Positions 27,259 through 32,531 of a stretch of 32,531 bases of DNA are shown here, in pieces. Numbering within the stretch: the stretch's first letter is position 1; each line of letters starts with the position of its first letter. This stretch comes from Acidimicrobiaceae bacterium (GTDB taxonomy: Bacteria > Actinomycetota > Acidimicrobiia > Acidimicrobiales > Acidimicrobiaceae). The translations under genes and the position numbers were made by a program. The notes beneath the pieces are model-generated. The model did not search any database. It had not been told where the DNA came from and saw only the letters and a list, made by a program, of their open reading frames with translations. The stretch covers positions 1-32,531 of the forward strand of contig JABEUO010000109.1 of NCBI GenBank assembly GCA_013044415.1, written 5' to 3'.

Positions 27259-27903
27259 ATGCCACATCCAATAGAGGAACAGTCGTACCAAATACTCGGG
27301 AAGCGTCTCGATTTCGCTTCATTAGATGACGACAGCGCAGAGATCATTGCACGAGTGGTCCACTCCACCGCAGATTTAGACTTTGCAAGATCTATGGCTA
27401 TTACCAGCAATTTCGTCATCTCTTCGCTGAAGTTGCTCCAGGATCACAGACCAATTGTGGCCGACGTCTCGATGACAAAATTCGGTATTAGCTCCAAGGA
27501 ATCGATCTCAGCAATTACGGAACAGTTTGATCTCCTGGAGAGTAGAACTCGAAGTTACTCCTCAATGTTCAAAGCGGTTAGCAACTTTTCCCCCGCAATA
27601 TTCGTGGTCGGCTGCTCACCGACCTCCTTGGAGGCACTACTCGACCGCTCCGAGTTACTTGAAGGCTCGGTAGTAATTGGCATGCCTGTTGGGTTTGTGG
27701 GAGCGGCTGAATCAAAATTACGCCTGAGAAATTCGGACCTTGAATTTGTTACAAACAGTGGCGAAAGAGGTGGTTCCGCAGCCGCAGCCGCTGCGATGAA
27801 TGCGCTGATCCGCATCTCTAATGGTCAGAGATACGTCAAAGATGGTCGTATTGTTGGTCCATATCAAACTGCTAACGGAGTATCAAATGAACTGGGAAAC
27901 TAA
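27259..27903 (+). CDS. cobH: Precorrin-8X / cobalt-precorrin-8 methylmutase (CobH/CbiC)
   Basis: 214 aa with RVVHSTADLDF, a VVGCSPTSL segment (compare GNAPTAL) and GGSAAAAAAMNAL, all typical of CbiC/CobH. Confidence 0.9.
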   Translation: MPHPIEEQSYQILGKRLDFASLDDDSAEIIARVVHSTADLDFARSMAITSNFVISSLKLLQDHRPIVADVSMTKFGISSKESISAITEQFDLLESRTRSYSSMFKAVSNFSPAIFVVGCSPTSLEALLDRSELLEGSVVIGMPVGFVGAAESKLRLRNSDLEFVTNSGERGGSAAAAAAMNALIRISNGQRYVKDGRIVGPYQTANGVSNELGN

Positions 27904-28759
27904 TTCAGCGCCGACTAATTCTACCGTTGAGGATTCGGACCGATCCAGCCTTATTCCAGACGACGTGGAGGCTATTTTCGTCATGGGGCACGGCACTAAG
28001 TCCGTTGATGGCAGGAGTCAGTTTCTCGAAGCGGTTGATCACCTGAGGGCGTCGATCAAGCAACCGGTCTTTGCGGGCTTCATCGAGCTTTGCGGGCCAA
28101 ATATGTATCCGGCAATGGATGAACTTCTAGCAACTAATCCAGAATCCATAGTCGTCGCACCCCTTATCCTCCTTCCAGCTGGCCACTTGAAGGACGATGG
28201 CGCAGAACTGGTCAACTACGTGCGCAGGAAGTCGCCTCAGGTAGATGTGGCATATGCCCGAGACCTTGGCGCTCACCGCCTAATACTTGACACAATAACG
28301 GCCCGTATACATGCTGCCAATGGCGGTCCAGATGAGGCGGTCCTTCTAGTAGGGAGGGGAGCGTCAGACCCTGACGCCAACTCAGAACTTTTCAAGATAT
28401 CACGGCTGGTCAAAGAGTTCGGAGGCTTCATCGAGGTCGAAACGAGTTTTGTTTCCCTCGCCCTTCCCTCGGTAATAGAAGGGTTAGATCGCTTATATTC
28501 CTTGGGTCGCCGAGACATAGTCGTGCAGCCTTACTTCCTCTACCGCGGTGCCCTATTGGATCGGATCTACGCTCAAGCAAGTCAATGGGCCACTAACCAC
28601 CCGGACTGCACAATCTCGCTAGGAAAAGAGATCGGAATCGACGACAGCGTAACCCAGGTTCTAATTGAAAGAATTGCTCAGGCATCTCGAGTTCCCATAC
28701 TTATGAGCTGCGATATATGCATATATCGCCATCCAATTTCACTTCGGGGTGGTAACTAG
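27887..28759 (+). CDS. cbiX: Sirohydrochlorin cobaltochelatase, long form (CbiX-L)
   Basis: Two-lobed CbiX layout (VMGHGTKS... and LVGRGASDPDAN...). The C-terminal MSCDIC matches the MxCxxC Fe-S motif described for long-form CbiX. The preferred ATG at 27887 overlaps the cobH end by 17 nt; the longest ORF starts at 27821. Confidence 0.85.
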   Translation: MNWETNSAPTNSTVEDSDRSSLIPDDVEAIFVMGHGTKSVDGRSQFLEAVDHLRASIKQPVFAGFIELCGPNMYPAMDELLATNPESIVVAPLILLPAGHLKDDGAELVNYVRRKSPQVDVAYARDLGAHRLILDTITARIHAANGGPDEAVLLVGRGASDPDANSELFKISRLVKEFGGFIEVETSFVSLALPSVIEGLDRLYSLGRRDIVVQPYFLYRGALLDRIYAQASQWATNHPDCTISLGKEIGIDDSVTQVLIERIAQASRVPILMSCDICIYRHPISLRGGN

Positions 28760-28775
28760 CTAAACCAGTAGCTGG

Positions 28776-28863
28776 GTGCCTTACCTTGATGCCCGGGGTG
28801 AACCCACCATGCGAATCAACTACGCCCCGAATGTCGTGCCTTACCTTGATGCCCGGGGTGAAC
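28776..28863. repeat. Two perfect 28-nt direct repeats separated by a 32-nt unique spacer (CRISPR-like geometry; function unknown)
   Basis: GTGCCTTACCTTGATGCCCGGGGTGAAC occurs at 28776-28803 and 28836-28863 with 28/28 identity. The intervening 32 nt is unrelated to the 32 nt that follow repeat 2. No cas genes are in the window. Confidence 0.9.
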
Positions 28864-28972
28864 ACCTCGGCACGGGCGTAGTTCTTAGCCAAATCCCTTA
28901 ATTGCCATACCAACAGAGTGAAACGAGGATATCATTAGCGTGGTTTAGGCCGAGTTTCTTTTGGGGGGGAAA

Positions 28973-30577
28973 ATGGCAATAATGAACACACAGCTAAATA
29001 CCTGGCTGATGCTGGATCACGCTAAGAAGCACTTTGGAGAGGTAGAGATCGTCACTCAACTATCTCCTACTTCGACCCATCGATACACCTACAGTGACAT
29101 GGTCGAGCGTTGTTTTAAACTCATGAACGCCATCGAAAAGATGGGATTGGAGCCCGAATCACGGATTGCTACTATGGCATGGAACGGCTATTACCACCTG
29201 GAGTGCTACTTTGCGATACCGTCATTAGGGTACGTACTTCATACGTTGAATTCAAGGCTCTCTCCCGCCGACCTAGTTTTCATTATCAACGATGCAAATG
29301 ATGAAGTAATATTTGCTGCTCCTGACCTTTTGCCACTGCTAGAAGCAATTCAGGATGACATACCTACGGTAAAGAGATTCGTCGTTTTATGCGACAAGCT
29401 TCCAGCAACCACCTTGCGGGGAGCGATATCGTACGAGGAACTTATTGCGGATGAGGAGGCGACCCACTCCGTCTTAGATATCCCCGAAGACACGCCCTCC
29501 AGCCTCTGCTACACGTCTGGTACCACAGGAAGACCCAAGGGCGCTCTATACACCCACCGGTCAACTTACCTCCACGCTCTCGGAGTGGCCCTGCCTAGCG
29601 GAATGGGCATCTCACCAAGCGATGCTGTGCTCCCAATTGTGCCAATGTTCCATGCAAACGCCTGGGGCTGCGTCCACGCCTCGGTAATAGTTGGAGCCAA
29701 GATTGTCTTCGCAGCGACTCCCCTTGACCCTGTAAGCCTCGTAGATTTCTTAACCGAAGAAGAGGTGACCTTAGCCGCCGGAGTACCAACGGTTTGGATT
29801 CAGCTAGCCGAAGAACTTTCACGCCGCAAAGTCAACTTGCCGATGCTGAGAGAAATCGTCTCCGGGGGGTCGCAACCACCGAGGCCCCTCATCGAGAGGT
29901 ATCGGGAAGAATTCGGAATTCCAATCACTCAGGCTTGGGGAATGACCGAAACCTCGCCTCTGGCATCCATGGCGCGACCGAAACACTCCTTGAAAGCTCT
30001 TGACGGCGAAGAGAGGCTCAACAGAATTGAAACCATGGCTGGCCTGCCCGTTCCTGGAATATCGGTATCGATCCGCGACGAAAATGGGGATGAGGCACCC
30101 TGGGACTCAAAAACAATGGGTCAACTCTATGTAAAAGGCGCCTGGGTCATAGATAGCTACCTCTCGGGACGGAGTCCAGAATCCTTTACCCCTGATGGTT
30201 GGTTCGCCACTGGAGACGTCGCCATAGGAACACCTGACGGCTACTTCAGCATCGCTGATAGAACCAAGGACATGATAAAGTCCGGGGGTGAGTGGATCTC
30301 ATCGGTTGAGATGGAGGGCGCCATAATGGGAATGCCAAACGTCCTTGAAGCGTGCGTTATTGCAATTCCCGACCCGAAGTGGCAAGAGCGGCCCCTCGCA
30401 GCAGTTGTCCCAAGGGATGGAGCGACCATTACCATAGAGGACGTCCGTGCACACCTTACAAAGTCAGGTTTTGCAAAGTGGCAGCTTCCAGATCGTCTAG
30501 AAATCATCGACATGGTTCCTAGGACGTCGGTTGGAAAGTTTGACAAGAAGGTGCTGAGGTCTAAGTTTGGCGATTGA
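28973..30577 (+). CDS. fadD: Long/medium-chain fatty-acid--CoA ligase (AMP-dependent synthetase)
   Basis: AMP-binding motif LCYTSGTTGRPKGALYTHRS is present, along with GEWISSVEME and PRTSVGKFDKK. The whole length resembles the Thermus-type LC-FACS family as remembered. ATG at 28973 follows a G7 tract; the longest ORF begins at TTG 28961. Confidence 0.9.
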   Translation: MAIMNTQLNTWLMLDHAKKHFGEVEIVTQLSPTSTHRYTYSDMVERCFKLMNAIEKMGLEPESRIATMAWNGYYHLECYFAIPSLGYVLHTLNSRLSPADLVFIINDANDEVIFAAPDLLPLLEAIQDDIPTVKRFVVLCDKLPATTLRGAISYEELIADEEATHSVLDIPEDTPSSLCYTSGTTGRPKGALYTHRSTYLHALGVALPSGMGISPSDAVLPIVPMFHANAWGCVHASVIVGAKIVFAATPLDPVSLVDFLTEEEVTLAAGVPTVWIQLAEELSRRKVNLPMLREIVSGGSQPPRPLIERYREEFGIPITQAWGMTETSPLASMARPKHSLKALDGEERLNRIETMAGLPVPGISVSIRDENGDEAPWDSKTMGQLYVKGAWVIDSYLSGRSPESFTPDGWFATGDVAIGTPDGYFSIADRTKDMIKSGGEWISSVEMEGAIMGMPNVLEACVIAIPDPKWQERPLAAVVPRDGATITIEDVRAHLTKSGFAKWQLPDRLEIIDMVPRTSVGKFDKKVLRSKFGD

Positions 30578-30600
30578 GCCAGTATCTAGAATGACCTCCC

Positions 30601-31332
30601 ATGGACTTACAACATATGGGTAGAGTTTTTCAGTTGAAACAACGGGTGCTACTCGCCGACGCTGATCCAAACGGTCGAATGCGCCTAGATGCTATATCTC
30701 GAGTCCTTCAGGATGCAGCGACTTTGGATGTCGAAAATACAAGCCTGACCAAAAAAGGCCCCTGGGTCATTAGGTGGATGGAAATGACGGCTCATGGCCT
30801 GCCCAGATACTTGGAAGAGTTGGCGATAGAAACCTTCTGCTCAGGTTTGGGGAGGGCTTGGGCTGAAAGGTCAACCGTTATAAAATCCAAATCCGCCTCG
30901 GTCACGGCGACTGCTAACTGGGTTCTGCTCGATGATCTTGGAAGGTCCCCAATTCGGCTTTCCGAAGAGTTTCTATCTGTTTACGGTCGGTCGGCGAATG
31001 GTAAGGTATCGAGCCCGAGACTCCATCTTCTACAGCGCTTGGGTGATTTCAAGCCTTCAGAAAAGCTAGAAATCCCCTTGCGCTTTTGCGATCTTGACAT
31101 TATGGGTCATATGAATAATGCTGTCCACCTCGCCCTAGTTGAAGAATCGCTCTTTCAACTAGGTCTGAAACTCCTTGATGAATTTAGCTATCGGATAGAG
31201 TTCCTGGCTGAAATCGAGCCAAATGCACCTGTCGTCATTGAGCATCGGGAATCCGATAGCTCAACTCTGTTAGCACTTGTTCAAAATGAAGCTACAAAAT
31301 CAATAGTTGAACTATCTCAGGTGATCCACTAG
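30601..31332 (+). CDS. Acyl-ACP thioesterase family (double hot-dog) protein
   Basis: 243 aa. N-terminal DADPNGRMRLDAISRVLQDAA and a second-half DLDIMGHMNNAVHL match the two hot-dog repeats of the FatA/B-like acyl-ACP thioesterase family. Confidence 0.75.
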   Translation: MDLQHMGRVFQLKQRVLLADADPNGRMRLDAISRVLQDAATLDVENTSLTKKGPWVIRWMEMTAHGLPRYLEELAIETFCSGLGRAWAERSTVIKSKSASVTATANWVLLDDLGRSPIRLSEEFLSVYGRSANGKVSSPRLHLLQRLGDFKPSEKLEIPLRFCDLDIMGHMNNAVHLALVEESLFQLGLKLLDEFSYRIEFLAEIEPNAPVVIEHRESDSSTLLALVQNEATKSIVELSQVIH

Positions 31333-32157
31333 GACCTCATTCCTGGCCAGCTGGACGTCCGCGAGTCTCGGTCCATCCCCGGATCCTGGCACTTCGAGAA
31401 TTACATTCGTATCCCTAAAGACGTCTTGGCTCATCAAGTTTCTTAGCCCAGTCAATCCGATGAGTCCCTCGCCAAGGTTCGCATGCCTGTCGGTTCCTTT
31501 TCCAAGTGGGACTTTTGAGTCGTTGAGATGGGCTACTTCGGGACTTCCAATCGTGTTGACGATATCCTTTACCAAATCAATCGCAAGACTTGGAGTAGAA
31601 AAGTCGTATCCCGCTGCAAAAAGGTGCTGTGAATCGATACATACGCCAATCGCCGCCCTTTTCCCTACCTCATGCATCAACCAGGCCAACTCTTGCAAAG
31701 TAGCTCCGATGGTACCACCGGATCCAGCCGTATTTTCCAACAGGAGTTTGACTTCGCCTTCACAAGCCTCAGCGGCGGCAGAAATGGAATCGATCAACTC
31801 GCCAGCTAACCTTTCCATCCCCTCACCCCTATGACTTCCGGTGTGCAGCACTACGTATGGAACTCCAGTCAAGCTAGCTGATCGCATCGTGTCGAGCAGC
31901 AGGTCGACAGACTTTCTTCGAATCTCCTCATCCGGAGATGCAAGGTTAATGAGGTAAGAAGCATGTACTACTGCCAGGGTTCCCCTTGTCTCCAATTCGG
32001 CTCGAAACGCTATGGCATCAGCAGCGGAGGGTGTCCTAAACGCCCATGACCTGGGATTCGATATAAAAAACTGGACTACATCCGCTCCAATATCTGCTCC
32101 ACGCTGAAGAGATTTTACCAATCCCCCAGCGGCCGATACATGCCCGCCAACTCTCAA
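31312..32157 (-). CDS. nfo: Deoxyribonuclease IV (endonuclease IV, AP endonuclease family 2)
   Basis: 281 aa with GGHVSAAGGL, HASYLINLAS, VVLHTGSH, LLENTAGSGGTIG, CIDSQHLFAAGYD and HLNDSK..GTDRHANLGEG. These are the metal-ligand motifs of Endo IV. TTG start. Confidence 0.92.
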   Translation of the reverse strand: MRVGGHVSAAGGLVKSLQRGADIGADVVQFFISNPRSWAFRTPSAADAIAFRAELETRGTLAVVHASYLINLASPDEEIRRKSVDLLLDTMRSASLTGVPYVVLHTGSHRGEGMERLAGELIDSISAAAEACEGEVKLLLENTAGSGGTIGATLQELAWLMHEVGKRAAIGVCIDSQHLFAAGYDFSTPSLAIDLVKDIVNTIGSPEVAHLNDSKVPLGKGTDRHANLGEGLIGLTGLRNLMSQDVFRDTNVILEVPGSGDGPRLADVQLARNEVLVDHLR

Positions 32158-32197
32158 CTTGCCCCCAATCAGTGCGCTCCATCATGAACCTAATCCC

Positions 32198-32431
32198 TCA
32201 TCCGGCGATAATGCGAGACTCGAACCCTAAAAGGGTAAACTGGAGATCGACCTCAACACTATCGATCGACTTTTTCCAAAAGTAGTAAATTGGCGTGGAG
32301 ATCAAAAGTAGGGCTCTCAGTTCTACGGCAATAACAGCAAACAACCAATTAGGCACTAGTCTCATTTGGGCGGTAACTCTGATTTCACATAGAAATCTAA
32401 GAGTTCCGCCATTCTCAGGGAAAAGAGCCAA
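32198..32431 (-). CDS. Possible small membrane protein (hypothetical)
   Basis: 77-aa ORF. From the internal Met (MRLVPNWLFAVIAVELRALLLISTPIYYFW) it has one or two hydrophobic segments. No family recognised and coding status is uncertain. Confidence 0.25.
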   Translation of the reverse strand: MALFPENGGTLRFLCEIRVTAQMRLVPNWLFAVIAVELRALLLISTPIYYFWKKSIDSVEVDLQFTLLGFESRIIAG

Positions 32432-32454
32432 CAGAGGCCGGACAAGAGTAGGTC

Positions 32455-32531
32455 ATGTCGTCAAAGATTGAAGTCGAGCTGACTAGCGATCGACAGGATG
32501 GAACCTGGACTTGGCGCGCAGCAGGCGCCAA
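32455..32531 (+). CDS. 5' end of a hypothetical protein, truncated by the window edge
   Basis: The ATG at 32455 opens MSSKIEVELTSDRQDGTWTWRAAGA... with no stop before the window end, and has a weak purine-rich stretch upstream. I cannot name the family from this fragment. Confidence 0.35.
   Translation, partial: MSSKIEVELTSDRQDGTWTWRAAGA

Noticed and set aside
28893-28924. Third, degenerate copy of the 28-nt repeat (ATCCCTTAATTGCCATACCAACAGAGTGAAAC).
   Set aside because: Only about half the positions match and an indel is needed. This is not distinguishable from chance without a longer array, so it is mentioned only as weak support.

Overview
This is an Actinobacteria-type chromosomal segment of moderate GC. 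The assignment is inferred from mycothiol ligase mshC, an F420-dependent NADP reductase, an InhA-type enoyl-ACP reductase and thrS-HIT synteny. Left block (1-5.3 kb): HIT protein, thrS, mshC, npdG-like and fabI/inhA. Accessory islet (5.4-9.1 kb): an orphan secreted protein, about 1 kb with almost no convincing coding signal, and a 504-aa protein that by eye joins an AbiEi-like wHTH to a Fic-like domain with a degenerate catalytic motif. Core (9.1-28.8 kb): a large cobalamin (B12) cluster in two divergent transcription units. The minus unit starts with a clear cobalamin riboswitch and runs cobU-cobS-cobD-cobQ-cobN-chlID to a terminator. The plus unit runs cobO, cobB, a possible second riboswitch, then cobI-cobM-cbiD-cobL(cbiET)-cbiGH-ferredoxin-cobH-cbiX. 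The gene set is the oxygen-independent (early cobalt insertion) type (CbiX, CbiD, CbiG), yet it also carries the late-insertion CobN/ChlID chelatase. No CbiJ/CobK, SUMT or CobT is visible. Right block: fadD-type acyl-CoA ligase, acyl-ACP thioesterase and endonuclease IV. The least explained sequence signals are all in the cbiX-fadD junction. They are two perfect 28-nt direct repeats spaced exactly 60 nt apart (28-nt repeat, 32-nt spacer, CRISPR-like geometry, no cas genes in the window), a 15-bp interrupted stem, and a 20-bp perfect palindrome. All domain calls come from motif recognition by eye; no searches were run.
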